Assembly: GCA_951406725.2 (NCBI GenBank)
Contig: OX597833.1
Coordinates: forward strand, 7,440,001-7,504,000
Origin: Octopus vulgaris
Lineage: Eukaryota
Reading direction: 5' to 3'
Length of the DNA: 64,000 nt
Position numbers and translations under genes: made by a program. Positions 1-13,388 of the stretch are shown one piece after another. Below the pieces are notes generated by a model, which was not told where the DNA came from, did not search any database, and saw nothing but the letters and a program-made list of their open reading frames with translations. Every line of letters begins with the position of its first letter. Position 1 is the first letter of the stretch.

Positions 1-1430
1 ATACTTTCTTTTACTCAAAACTGATGGTTTTGTGCATAAATTAAAAATTATTAGCCAGACGGTAAGGGAGGGATTTTTTTAATTAGGCGGAAAATGGAGG
101 TATTTTATTAAGGTAGTGAAAAAATATCTTTTATTTATGCAGCAAAAGTATCTGTGAAAAATCTGAGGTCGATGTTTTTGATTAACACTTTCTTTTACTC
201 AAAACTGATGGTTTTGTGCATAAATTAAAAATTATTAGCCAGACGGTAAGGGAGGGATTTTTTTAATTAGGCGGAAAGGAGGGGTATTTTATTAAGGTAA
301 GTAGTGAAAAAATATCTTTTATTTACGCAGCAAAAGTATCTGTGAAAAATCTGAGGTCGATGTTTTTGATTAACACTTTCTTTTACTCAAAACTGATGGT
401 TTTGTGCATAAATTAAAAATTATTAGCCAGGTTAGGGAGGGATTTTTTTAATTAGGCGGAAAATGGAGGTATTTTATTAAGGTAGCGAAAAAATATCTTT
501 TATTTACGCAGCAAAAGTATCTGTGAAAAATCTGAGGTCGATGTTTTTGATTAACACTTTCTTTTACTCAAAACTGATGGTTTTGTGCATAAAGTAAAAA
601 TTATTAGCCAGACGGTAAGGGAGGGATTTTTTTAATTAGGCGGAAAATGGAGGTATTTTATTAAGGTAGTGAAAAAATATCTTTTATTTACGCAGCAAAA
701 GTATCTGTGAAAAATCTGAGGTCGATGTTTTTGATTAATACTTTCTTTTACTCAAAACTGATGGTTTTGTGCATAAATTAAAAATTATTAGCCAGACGGT
801 AAGGGAGGGATTTTTTTAATTAGGCGGAAAGGAGGGGTATTTTATTAAGGTAGTGAAAAAATATCTTTTATTTACGCAGCAAAAGTATCTGTGAAAAATC
901 TGAGGTCGATGTTTTTGATTAATACTTTCTTTTACTCAAAACTGATGGTTTTGTGCATAAATTAAAAATTATTAGCCAGGAGGTTAGGGAGGGATTTTTT
1001 TAATTAGGCGGAAAATGGAGGTATTTTATTAAGGTAGTGAAAAAATATCTTTTATTTACGCAGCAAAAGTATCTGTGAAAAATCTGAGGTCGATGTTTTT
1101 GATTAATACTTTCTTTTACTCAAAACTGATGGTTTTGTGCATAAATTAAAAATTATTAGCCAGACGGTAAGGGAGGGATTTTTTTAATTAGGCGGAAAAT
1201 GGAGGTATTTTATTAAGGTAGTGAAAAAATATCTTTTATTTACGCAGCAAAAGTATCTGTGAAAAATCTGAGGTCGATGTTTTTGATTTATACTTTCTTT
1301 TACTCAAAACTGATGGTTTTGTGCATAAAGTAAAAATTATTAGCCAGACGGTAAGGGAGGGATTTTTTTAATTAGGCGGAAAGGAGGGGTATTTTATTAA
1401 GGTAGTGAAAGAAATATCTTTTAGTTAGGT
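1..1430. repeat. Tandem satellite, ~184-bp monomer, ~7.8 copies in window (continues off the left edge)
   Basis: Monomer starts (a[t/c]actttcttttactcaaaactg) at 1, 185, 373, 554, 738, 922, 1106, 1290; highly similar copies. Confidence 0.97.
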
Positions 1431-1516
1431 AGCAAAGAAAGCTAAGAGTATTTAAACCACAAGAGTAATAGAGCGGTAAGGTACACGGTAAAATTACGCG
1501 AAGGTTGAAAAATTTA

Positions 1517-1593
1517 CAGGGTGTCCATAAATTATCTTTACATATTTTACACTTGTACATTTCAAAATGTAAAGATAATTTATGCGCTCACTG
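1517..1593. repeat. Short inverted repeat, mini-MITE-like, at the satellite boundary
   Basis: cataaattatctttacat (1526-1543) and atgtaaagataatttatg (1567-1584) form a perfect 18-bp IR; left end ta|cagggtgtcc resembles a Tc1/mariner TIR start. Confidence 0.55.
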
Positions 1594-1663
1594 CGCACTA
1601 ACTGAACTCTCGGGTCGGTGAAAAATGTTTAGTCCGTCTCCTCGTCGATACTATAGACTTCTT

Positions 1664-1915
1664 CACACACACACGCGCACACATACTCTCACACACACAT
1701 ACTCTCTCTCTCACACACACACATACACAAACTCTCTCATACAAACACACACACGCACGCCCACACACATATACACACACACGCACGCCCACACACATAT
1801 ACACACACACGCACGCCCACACACATATACACACACACGCACGCCCACACACATATACACACACATACTCTCTCTGTCACACACACACACACACACAAAC
1901 ACGCACACATACTCT
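1664..1915. repeat. (CA)n-derived compound microsatellite with a 28-bp higher period
   Basis: gcacgcccacacacatatacacacacac repeated 4 times from ~1751. Confidence 0.85.
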
Positions 1916-2751
1916 CTGGTGGTAGGAGAGTCATTCAGGTAGGAAGTGGACAAACGCAGACGAAGACAGAAGGATCCGGGTAGAAGGAAGAGATATTTGA
2001 GAGAACGGAAGGGGAGGAAAGAAAGAGTAAAGAGGGTGGGAGATAAAAGGAAGCTGTTGCGGGATTATTAGATAAAACATGAAAATAAGAAGAAATCCTT
2101 CTGGTCACGTGGACAGCAAAACACAAAACAATGGCGTCCATATTCACTCTCAATATATTCCATCAGATTCGGACGTGAATGTACCAATCGCTGTTGTATT
2201 TTCTCCGCGGAGAACAATTTCCCTTTTCAGTTGATGTGTGTTGATAACACACACGATTCATTGAAATAAAGGAACTTCTAGACACCCAGCTATTTCGATC
2301 TGGTTGTGTTTCTTCCATCAAAGCGACCCCCAGATCAATGAATCTAAACAAGAATTTGGGTTTTTGTTTGTAGAAACCTGTCAACAAATTATTTGCTGAT
2401 GTGTTGATGTCTTGCCAAACCGATCATAGATCGATGATGATTGAATATGTACACCATTGTTAAAATAATAATCAAAGACAGAAATGTTTCTTTATCGTTT
2501 TACTGAGAGTTAAAAATGGCAGAAGTGACCCCAGTTTCTTACAGGTATTATGCAAAAGTTTATTTACTTAGGAAGAAATTTTTCACGATCACACATTAAA
2601 GCGAAAAGAGGATTTGGTGGTGCTTTTGATCTTCTGTAGTTGGATTCTGACTTGAATAGCAAATCAGATAAAGGTCAGTGTGGATGGCCACCGAGTAACA
2701 TAAGAGGTGGTGGTCACATCACTTAAAGATGGTGACTGTATGATGGGTATT

Positions 2752-2983
2752 TATTTCTTTATTGTCTACAGGGGGCTAAACATAGAGGGGACAAACAAGG
2801 AGAGACAACGGGATTAAGTCGATTACATCGACCCCAGTGCGTAACTGGTACTTATTTAATCGACCCCGAAAGGACGAAAGGCAAAGTCGACCTCGGCGTA
2901 ATTTGAACTCAGAACGTAGCGGCAGACGAAATATCGCTAAGCATTTCGCCCGGCGTGCTAACGTTTCTGCCAGCTCGCCGCCC
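2752..2983 (-). mobile_element. tRNA-derived SINE family M (Meta-domain-like body), full length
   Basis: Minus strand: ggcgagctggcagaaacgttag...gagttcaaatt (A/B-box-like), gcctttcgtcctttcggggtcgattaaataagtaccag body, tail ...aataaagaaata; >12 homologous copies in window. Confidence 0.9.
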
Positions 2984-3073
2984 TCTGTATAATGAGTATT
3001 GTCCTACTTTATCCCACCACCAACAACAACATCAACAACAACAACACTCGCACCATCAACATCACCACCTCTT

Positions 3074-3223
<150 letters not shown>

Positions 3224-4012
3224 ATGTTGTTGCTGTTGTTGTTAAGCCAACAAGACGGGTAAGGGTGATTAGGTGATGGTTTAGGGCTTAGGGGCAGGAG
3301 ACCCCAGACATTGGAAAAGAAAAAAACTTTGGTCATCTTGTAGTTGAGGGCTCTTCGTTGACGCCCGACACCACTGGGAGGTGGCCCTCGAAGTCGCTGG
3401 AAATGGAGATCTCCAGGTCCAAATTCTTGAACGGCTGCTGCTGCCACACTACTGACCATGTCACATACCGCAGCAGTTTCAAAGTCATACCACCACCAGA
3501 TGTCAAAACTACCACACCAACAACAACAACCGCATCCACCATCCCCCTGGCCGACATCATAATACCCACCACCACCACCACCACCGCCACCCCGCTAAAT
3601 ACCATCCGTTCTACATACCATGAATATATCGTTAAATATACACACCGTGGTTAAATGATCTATTTAGCAGGGATTTTCTTATTTTTTCGTTGCATACATA
3701 CGTAAATACACACACACACACACACACCAACATATATATATATATATACATATGTGTGTGTATGTGTGTATATGTGTATACACACACACACACATACACA
3801 CACATATATATATGCATATAGAAAGAGACAGACACACAAATGCTTACATGCACCCTCATATATGTATGTATATTTGTATATAATGTATAAATGAGTGAAT
3901 GTTTGTATATATATGTATATGTGTATTTATGTATTATATATATATCCATACATCTTCCTCTCTCATCCTCCCTCTCTCTATCTCTCTCACTGTCTATATC
4001 TATATCTATCTG

Positions 4013-4044
<32 letters not shown>

Positions 4045-4390
4045 GATAGATAGATAGATAGATACATACATACATACATACATACGTATGTATATGTGTG
4101 CTGTGTGTGCGTGTGTGTAATATACACCCTTACTTCCATACACACACACACACACACACTTTTACACAAGTTTCACCCTACATACCCCCGTCCCACCCCA
4201 CCGAATAGATTTACCATTTCCAGTAATGATATCAGGTGTTTAATTCGCCTCCTCCTCCTCCGTCGCACCTTTTCCCCCCACACCTCCCCCAAACCCATAC
4301 CAAGGCCACATTATTTGACCTTACGTATAGCTTCCTGATTATCTCAACAACACCTTTCACCGGTTTTCTTTGCATATGATGCGGCAGTGT

Positions 4391-4426
<36 letters not shown>

Positions 4427-4634
4427 GGAAGAGAGAAAGAAAGAGAGATAGAGAGAATTGTGTGTGTGTTTGTGTGTGCGTGCGTGCGTGTATGTGCGTT
4501 CGTGTTGGGAGTGTGTGTATGTTGGTGGTGTTGTTCTGTTGCCTTGGTAGCCTGTGATATTGTGGTCCGTGTTCGAAATTCCGTTGCATTTCGTATCTCG
4601 TCGTTGGTTTGAGTTCATATGAATGTTTAACATA

Positions 4635-4673
<39 letters not shown>

Positions 4674-4989
4674 TACACACACGCACACACACACACGCAT
4701 ACACACACGCACACACACACACGCATACACACACGCACACACACACACACACTGATAAACATAAACACGTACACGCACACATATTTATAAACAAACACAT
4801 ATTTATAAACATACATGTGTGCATGTATATACATTGATGTATATGCATATATATATATATACATACATACATACATAAATACGTACATACATACATACAT
4901 ACATACATACATACATACATACATACATACATACATACATACATACATACACGCACACGTACATACCTACATACATACATGCATACATA

Positions 4990-5935
4990 CTATGCAATCA
5001 TATCCCTTCGGCAACATCGTATAACCATGAGGCGTGGAAGTGCATCCCTTGACCAAGTTTGCTCACATGAGGCTGATAACATCGTAAGACTTGGAAAGCA
5101 GCTCCTTGAGCAACATTCTTTATCTGTTAACCTAGAATCCATGCCCAAAGAAATCGCACGACTCTACCGCAACGTATCATCAGATGAAAAGATGAGCAGA
5201 AAACTATGCATGGATATGGTAGAAGAAAGCTCCGAGATGATAGTAACACCGATCATCAAAGCAGTTTATCATGGCCCAATAGCCAGATTACTACCTCCCA
5301 CTCTGAAGGGTATACGTTTGCAATCCAGGAATAGGGAATATCAACCACGTACCTGATGCACAAAAGGGATAGAGATGCAGGTAAAGCCGTGAAGTGTAAC
5401 AACCGATGCAGACTTTGTGGAGTTCACACTCAAGATATCACTCACATTATAAGCAGTTGTCAGAAAATGTCATCACGGTGTAATTTACTGATGAGACAGG
5501 ATGTTGTAGCTAGGACACTCTATAATGAAATCCGTCGGAAGGATAATTCCGAGGACAAAGAAATAAGAACCCACAATATGGTAGAAGCCATAGCCACTCA
5601 TAATAAAAAGGAATGCTGGTGGAATGTCCCAGTGAAGACCTCAATAAAATGCAAGCTCAACAGACTGATATAATGATTTGGGATAGAGAAGAGAAACTGT
5701 GCACAGCTGTGGAAATAAGCTATCCAGCAGATGCTTACACAAAGTTGAAGATCAGTGAAAAAGAGAACATCTGTGCTGAACTATAGAGAAATCTGCAGTT
5801 ACTCTATCCAGATTACAAGTTCAGGTTTATACCTGCAATTATTGGGACCCTGGGATATGTAACAAACTGCCTAAATAGCTAATTCGAAGACTACAGATCC
5901 AATGCATCACTAGAACTATAAAACACATATATTTC
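4990..5935 (+). mobile_element. Decayed 3' part of an R4/Dong-like non-LTR retrotransposon (zinc knuckle + restriction-like endonuclease)
   Basis: CRLCGVHTQDITHIISSC (CCHC), MRQDVV (RHD-like), WWNVPVKT..NR, IWDREEKLCTAVEISYP, EKEN, FIPAIIGTLGYV across frameshifts. Confidence 0.8.
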
Positions 5936-6012
5936 ATTTGTGTGTGTGTGTGTGTGTCCATCCATCCATCCATCCATCCATCCATCCATCCATACATACA
6001 TACATACATACA

Positions 6013-6043
<31 letters not shown>

Positions 6044-6799
6044 TCTTTATATATGTGTTGATAGGAAATAGCTTTAATATAAAAGTATCTAAAATTAAGA
6101 CAAAAGTGCCATTGTCTTTGGGGTTGTCCCTGATCACAATCCTTTCTTTATTCATCAATGAAAGAATGTTAATAAGTGTTGTGGACTGAATAGAGAGGTC
6201 ATCGGTTCGTGTTCGCCAAACAGATCTGTTCTGTGTTCGTGGCCCAGACGTGGAGATATCCTCTAAAAACTCTGATTACGTAACTTTATATATTTTCTCA
6301 ATGTAATTGCATCAGACATTTTGCACTTGCAGGAAAGTGCACTGGATTAATGTGCAACATAACAAGGACTAATGCAAAGATCAGTGGGATGGGCGTGGGT
6401 GGGTGTTCTGTGGTTCCTACTTTTACTCCCTGAACCCTTTTGTAATAAAGCAAAGCAATGAGCGTCCTTCATTCATAAAATACCACAGTTGGGACCAATA
6501 CCTCAATTACGAACAGTTTCTGATCCCTTAGAAACATCACGTAGAATCCATGATAGAGTATCGATCCCAAATCGGGAATTATACCTACCTGTCAGGTATG
6601 CATTACTCGAGGCCGTGACATCTACCAGTGTGTATTTCTTGAAATGCACATATTTGGGATTCTACAGTCTTTGAATGCTACATGTACATGTGGGATTGTC
6701 CCTTTCACGGACTGCACATGTTCAAGTTGGTGCTTACCATGGAATGTGCCCACATTTTAGACTGAGCCTCTCTTCGCTTGCACATACTTTGTAGGTTGC

Positions 6800-7510
6800 A
6801 TATCTTTTGACTGTGCAGACGTGGGGCTGCACTCAACTGATATTATGCGCATATGGAACGATGCATATCTGGCATGGTGCATACTTTTTTCGACAGGGGT
6901 GGTTTCATAAGATAATTGCTTGCAAATATCCACTGCTGTTAGGATTCGGTTGCCTTTGGAGAGCCTATGGATTCACTGATCCATCTATAGTGTTGTTTTT
7001 CTCGGAGCGCCCGTTCTTTGCCGATCTTTGTATAGGCCAGTGGTTTGGTAAAGCTTCCATGCTTGAACACAGGCCGTTTTGCTGCATCCTAATTGCTTCC
7101 TAATGTTCATGAAGGACACATTTTGCTGATGAAGTGACACGATCTTTGATCTAGTAAATTGGATGATACTACAACGCTTTCCCATAGCGAATTAATGTGT
7201 AACGATGCTCGATTATTAAATAAATCAGAGCAGTACGACCAGCCATATGACCACCCATTTGGTTTATTAATTTGCATAATCTTGGTACGATTCTAAACTT
7301 AGTTTGCCGACAATTTCTAATCATTTGAAATAATTGTGCCTTAGAATTATTCAAATTGTAGAAAGATATATAAAGCCTGTATCATTCGAAAGAGAAAGAA
7401 TTCTACATAAACTGTAAAAATTAAAATAATTTTATAAAGTTTTGTTAAAAATAAATTATTGGAGGAATAGAACTCTCAGCATTGTTCTTAAACTTACTTT
7501 GGCCAGAGTA
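6800..7510 (-). mobile_element. Tc1-like transposon 5' fragment (TIR + transposase HTH domain)
   Basis: ORF 6985..7185 TRSKIVSLHQQNVSFMNIRKQLGCSKTAC...DRQRTGAPRKTT matches the Tc1 paired-like HTH with a GRPRK-like motif; putative TIR ta-ctctggccaaag at ~7510. Confidence 0.8.
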
Positions 7511-7537
7511 TGTATGGACGCCTGTATGTATATGTAT

Positions 7538-7641
<104 letters not shown>

Positions 7642-7745
7642 AGCATTTTAAAACTGTTGTAATACTTGCAACATTTAATAAAATGATGTAGTACGAAACG
7701 ATCGTACCAAATTACCGGAGTCATTCTTGTCGCTTATTTTGATTA
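7642..7745 (+). mobile_element. PLE pLTR fragment with the 3' half of a long-stem-II hammerhead
   Basis: cattttaaaactg..gtaatactt..tttaataaaatga.gtag..GAAA cgatcg TA cca is homologous to the minus-strand HHR at 40967-41052; 5' core replaced by (CA)n. Confidence 0.7.
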
Positions 7746-7755
7746 TATACATACA

Positions 7756-7791
<36 letters not shown>

Positions 7792-8287
7792 TATATATCT
7801 ATATATATATATATATATATATGCATACATATATATATGTGTATGTATGTATTTGTGTATGTATGTATGTATGTATGTATGTATGTATGTATGTATGTAT
7901 GCCGGTGTGTATACTTGTGTTTGTATGTATGTATCATTAATGACAAGGGAACTAGAAATTATGTCATGAATTCCATTAGCTTACGGCTGTTTCTGCCATT
8001 AGATGCAATGTGCTCAGAATTGAATGATTGCGCAACGCCTTATAGCTTCACTGGAGTTTCAAAACTGAAGTGAAATTTTAACTATACATAAAATATGTAT
8101 ACTTATAAGCACCTATGATATAGTTGTATTTTGTGGATTTCTGTATGTGTGTGTGTGTGTGTGAATATAAAAAAGAAAAAGCAGTTATAGAAGAACAAGA
8201 AGAAGAACAACAACAAAAGCAACAACAACAGCAACAGAAGTAGGTAGGTATCTAAACAACAATGTATCAAGTAAAAAAGAGACCCTC

Positions 8288-8330
8288 AGAACACTGATGA
8301 AGGCCCCTAGGGCCCCAAATCGTTCGGTCC
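8288..8330 (+). ncRNA. Degenerate minimal hammerhead-like motif
   Basis: ctgatga a ggccc cta gggcc, then ccaaa instead of gaaa. Confidence 0.4.
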
Positions 8331-8675
8331 AATCAATCTATTCATACAGAACATGAATAACCGTCCACCTGTAAATCCACCCGATGTTTTGATACCCTAC
8401 ATGTCGTAAAGTACACGATGGCATGAGAGGAGCGGATGTCTAGTGGGGGGTCGTGTGATATCTCTTGGCTATCTCTTGAGATTGTTATCAACATAGGACA
8501 TAGGGAATCCGATATCTGTAAATGGTGGCGGGGGGGGGGATATGAATGATATTGTAACACACACACACACACACATAGGTGCATGCACACATACACATAC
8601 ACACAATGACACAATGGTGCACGCACACGCACGCACAAGGACACACGGGACTCTCTCTCTCTCACACACACACAC

Positions 8676-9086
8676 CTACTCTTTTACTCTTTTACTCTTT
8701 TATTTGTTTCAGTGATTTGACTGCGGCCATGCTGGAGCACCGTCTTTAATCAAGCAAATCGACCCCGGGACTTATTCTTTGTAAGCCCAGTACTTAATCT
8801 ATCGGTCTCTATTGCCGAACCGCTAATTGACGGGGACGTAAACACACCAGCATCGGTTGTCAAGCAATGCTAGGGGGACAAACACACACACACAAACATA
8901 TACACACACACTTATATATATACATATATACGACAGGCTTCTTTCAGTTTCCATCTACCAAATCCACTCACAAGGCATTGGTCGGCCCGAGGCTATAGCA
9001 GAAGACACTTGCCCAAGATGCCACGCAGTGGGACTGAACCCGGAACCATGTGGCTGGTTAGCAAGCTACTTACCACACAGCCACTC
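8676..9086 (-). mobile_element. tRNA-derived CORE-like SINE (family C), near full length
   Basis: Minus strand: gagtggctgtgtggtaag (A box), ggttcagtccc (B box), cttgggcaagtgtctt (CORE-like), internal microsatellite, tail ending in (taaaagag)n. Confidence 0.9.
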
Positions 9087-9436
9087 ACAATACATAGACA
9101 TATATTACAATCGCATACACACACATAAACATGTCACTACATACATATTAACATCGCGTAATTGCACAAACAACACATTCACTCAATCACTTATGCATCT
9201 ATGTCTATGAATTCTCAGTGATTTTATTAGTTTGAGCAGATTACAAAAATGTGCATATATATATAATATATTAATATTATATATATATACGTAAATATAA
9301 GAGAGTTACCGTTAAGTGGTTAACTCTAGTGCTAGAAATAGCTCCTTATTCTGGTATAGCCACCGAAGTAGTTTCCACAAAAGAAATAACATTACCTCCA
9401 ACGTATGGAAAGCGAAATACAACGAAAAGATAGATT

Positions 9437-9514
9437 AATGCTGAACAATTGTTTCTTTATCAACATAATATGCAATTATACTCACATATTTATCTATAAA
9501 TCATCAGCAGCATT
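9437..9514 (-). ncRNA. Type I hammerhead ribozyme, canonical core, long stem II
   Basis: Minus strand: aatgctg-CTGATGA-tttat...ataaa-GAAA-caattg-TT-cagcatt; 7-bp perfect stem I, palindromic stem III. Confidence 0.85.
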
Positions 9515-9678
9515 TGTTTTCGATACAATTTATTAGACCATCACGGGCGATAAATACCCATGCGGTCCAATCGATTGCATACATAGTTGTGATTTAGCTT
9601 CCCCGCCAAAAGCATGGTAAGACTTAGTGGAAACGAGTACTGCATATAATATTTAGTGCAGTATATTATATATATATA

Positions 9679-9748
<70 letters not shown>

Positions 9749-9750
<2 letters not shown>

Positions 9751-9880
9751 TGTGTGGGCTCAGTGGTTAGAGCGTCGAGCTTACGATCGTGAAGTTGTGA
9801 GTTCGATTCCCATACTGGGCTGTGTGATGTTTTCTTGAGCAAGATACTTTATTTCACGTTGCTCCGGTTAACTCAGCGTT
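9749..9880 (+). mobile_element. tRNA-derived SINE head (family B)
   Basis: tgggctcagtggttagagcg...gagttcgattccc, then cttgagcaagatactttatttcacgttgctcc; homologous to 49130-49270 (-). Confidence 0.8.
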
Positions 9881-10670
9881 CGAATTCCCTTTACTACCAA
9901 GGTATGTAAAATACTTCACATGATTTAGGCTTTCCCCATCAACCTGTGTAAGAGTGTCAGGAAAATTGTGAACCAGTGGCCTCTGCTTGACACCTCGAAT
10001 TTGTTTAGGAGTAGGGCAAAGTTGGTGGTTTACTCCCGTCTTCTTTTATGCCGATGGTCAAACCGAAGGCTTTACCTGCAGCAGAAAACCGGTCCAGAAG
10101 TTCCTGAGCTTCCTCTAAGGATGTCGCTCCTAGTGCAGCATCATCTGCAAAAAGTAGATCACGAACGATTCTGGTGCGTAGCAGTGTCCTGGCTTTGAAA
10201 TGCTGATGATTGAATAGTCCACCACTTGTTCGAAACTGGAATTTGACACCACTTTGTATATCACCAAAAGCATACCTCAGCATCAATGAAAAGAAAAGAG
10301 CAAGCAAAACAGGGGCCATTGTACAACCTTGCTTTGTGCTGTTTGTAACATCGAAGGAAGCCAAAGATTACCCACCGGACCCAACAGCAGCCTTCATTCT
10401 CTCATGAAAGGAGATGATAACATTCAACATTTTGTCAGGTACACCAAGCGTTGTCAGAACTTTCTCAAGTGCTTGCTGGTCAACAGCGTCGAAGGCCTTA
10501 GTAAGGTCAACGAATACCATGAGCATCTCTTGATTTTTCCCACGTACTTTCTCCATGACCTGTCGAAGGGAAAAGATCATGTCGATAGGGCCACGACCAG
10601 AGCGATATCCACACCGCAATTCTGGATAGATATCATTTGCAATGTGTTTGATGATCTCGTCAAGAACGAG
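9881..10670 (-). mobile_element. RTE-clade LINE reverse transcriptase fragment (decayed)
   Basis: CGYRSGRGPIDMIFSLRQVMEK..VFVDLTKAFDAV; KQGCTMAPVLL; RDLLFADDAAL; FGLTI. Confidence 0.92.
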
Positions 10671-10899
10671 TCATACACATACATTTCTTACATAAATATA
10701 TATACATACATTTACACACACACACGTCTTTGCATTTATTAATTCCACATTCCGCATATACCCTGCTTTGTACACACATACACACACAAATATGTGTATA
10801 TATATATATTATTGCCACACACATATACATACACATCTGCTGATGTCATTTCTTATATCCTGCTTTCAGAATCATTCCTTTTAAGGTAATATTGATTTT

Positions 10900-11060
10900 T
10901 TTTTTCGTCTGTCTACGTTCTGAGTTCAAATTCCGCCGTGGAATTTCTTCTTTGAGGAGTCGATAAATTAAGTACCAGTTGCGTACTTGGGTCGATCTAA
11001 TGACTGGTCCCCCCTCCGCTAAAATTCCGGGACTTGTGCCTAGAGTAGAAAAGAATATTG
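10900..11060 (+). mobile_element. SINE family M, 5'-truncated, inserted in a duplicated segment
   Basis: acgttctgagttcaaattccgccg...gtcgataaattaagtaccag; absent from the paralogous site at ~12775. Confidence 0.85.
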
Positions 11061-11307
11061 TTGATCTGTTTTGCTTATTTCATGAAGAAATTTCTAGTGT
11101 GTGTGTGTGTGTGTGTATGTGTGCGTGTGTATGTGTGTGTGAATGTATGTATTTATATGATGTGTATGTATGTGTGTATGTGTGTGTATGTGAATGTATG
11201 TATGCCATTATTCAGTTTTATTTCAAGATTCCTTGCCAATAGAGAAAGAACCGATTTCTAACCTAGATTCAAGGCACCCTCATTGGAATTTCAACATCAA
11301 CAACAGA

Positions 11308-11636
11308 GTATGTATGTATGTATGTATGTATGTATGTATGTATGTATGTATGTATGTATGTATGTATGTATGTATGTATGTATGTATGTATGCATGTATG
11401 TATGTATGCATGTATATATGTATGTATATATTTATGCATGCATGTATGTATGTGTGTGTGTATGTATGTATGTATGTATGCATGTATGTATGTATGCATG
11501 TATATATGTATGTATATATTTATGCATGCATGTATGTATGTATGTATGTATGCATGTATGTATATATGTATGCATGCATGTATGTATGTATGTATGTATG
11601 CAGATTTGTATGTATGTGTGTATGTATGTATGTGTG
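11308..11636. repeat. (TATG)n microsatellite
   Basis: Direct reading. Confidence 0.95.
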
Positions 11637-12060
11637 CAATTTTGTATGTTTTGCTTTATATATGCATTCTCATGCATATACTTGCATATCTAGACATGCT
11701 CATATATAATTAAATATGTATATATTGATGTCTCTGCAAATACACACACAGACTACATACGTACACGCACAGACTCACACTCACATAAAGACATAAATAT
11801 ATCATGTATTTTTTAGTATGAGTGGTGGTAGGGGAGCAAGGGTCATAGCCATGTGTTGCACGATAAACCCATTAAAGCGCCATTAAAATGCCATTAAAAT
11901 TGCCATATTGTCTATGACACCGTGGGACCAACACGAGTTCGTCTATAAACACTTTACATGACGACATAACCAATTATTTAAATCGTCTTTTCGGAGCATC
12001 GGACGCACACATTCTCCTGCATCTCCCTTCACCCACTCTCTTTCTCTCACGCTCAGACTC

Positions 12061-12127
<67 letters not shown>

Positions 12128-12156
12128 GTCTGTCTGTCTGTCTGTCTATCTGTCTC

Positions 12157-12234
<78 letters not shown>

Positions 12235-12304
12235 AACTTCTCTTTCTATCAACCTCTCTTTCTATATATATATATAATAATATATATATTTTATATATAT
12301 ATAT

Positions 12305-12431
<127 letters not shown>

Positions 12432-12451
12432 ATGTGTGTGTGTATATATAA

Positions 12452-12483
<32 letters not shown>

Positions 12484-12634
12484 AACATACAGACAGATAG
12501 ATTTATAGATATCTTTTCATACTCTTCTTACATGAATATGTATATACACACACATATATATGCATTTATTAATGCCACAAATACGCATATATGCTGCTTC
12601 CCACACACACATAGACACACACACAATATATATG

Positions 12635-12687
<53 letters not shown>

Positions 12688-13388
12688 CACACACACACAC
12701 ACACACATATACATACACATCTGTTGATGTCATTTCTTATATCCTGCTTTCAGAATCATCCCTTTTAAGGTAATATTGTTGTTGATTTGTTTTGTTTATT
12801 TCGGGAAGAAATTTCTAGTGTGTGTATGTGTGTATTTGTGTGTGTTTGTGTGCGTGTAATGATATATATAAATCCCATATATCAGCTTAATTCTCGTCCG
12901 TCTGATAATCTCTTTTAATGCCTTAAACCAGTTTTCAAATAACTTAAAACTAATTAACAAAATAAAGTCGCCTTACAATGGAACTTTATTAGTTGAATAC
13001 TTATTCGTTTTCCTTTTTTACACGAATTTCTTTACAGAAGGTGTATTTTAGTTCTTCGCTTTTTGCCGTAAATCGAAGTCTGCAGAAAGATGACCATTCA
13101 TGTGGCATTCACATTATCTTTTAAGCAGATGACGAATTTGGGGTTAGATGGATTGGTGTTGGAAGACTTAAGTTTTACTTGAATTGATGCTTTAGGGTTT
13201 GGAATGGCAGTAGTTAGAGTTCCTTTGTAGCCCTATGTTTATTTGGGATAAATAACTGTGCAAAACGAGAAAGAGAAAATGAAAGGCGGAGAAGGCTAGA
13301 AATTGAGAGGAAGGTAAAGAAATACCTTCGAAGGTGACAGAAAAACAAGACAAAACCTGCTATAATAGGATCGATATTTTTAACTCGT

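Noticed and set aside
1-1430. CRISPR array or telomeric repeat
   Set aside because: No unique spacers; ttaggg occurs only as isolated variants within monomers
2163-2387. PLE RT motif-like KPKFLFRFID
   Set aside because: A single short motif without the second Asp or flanking RT motifs
6180-6285. Tandem degenerate HHR-like motifs (also 32780-32820, 61425-61470, 63488-63523)
   Set aside because: Three or more core deviations or poor stems; cannot be told from chance by eye
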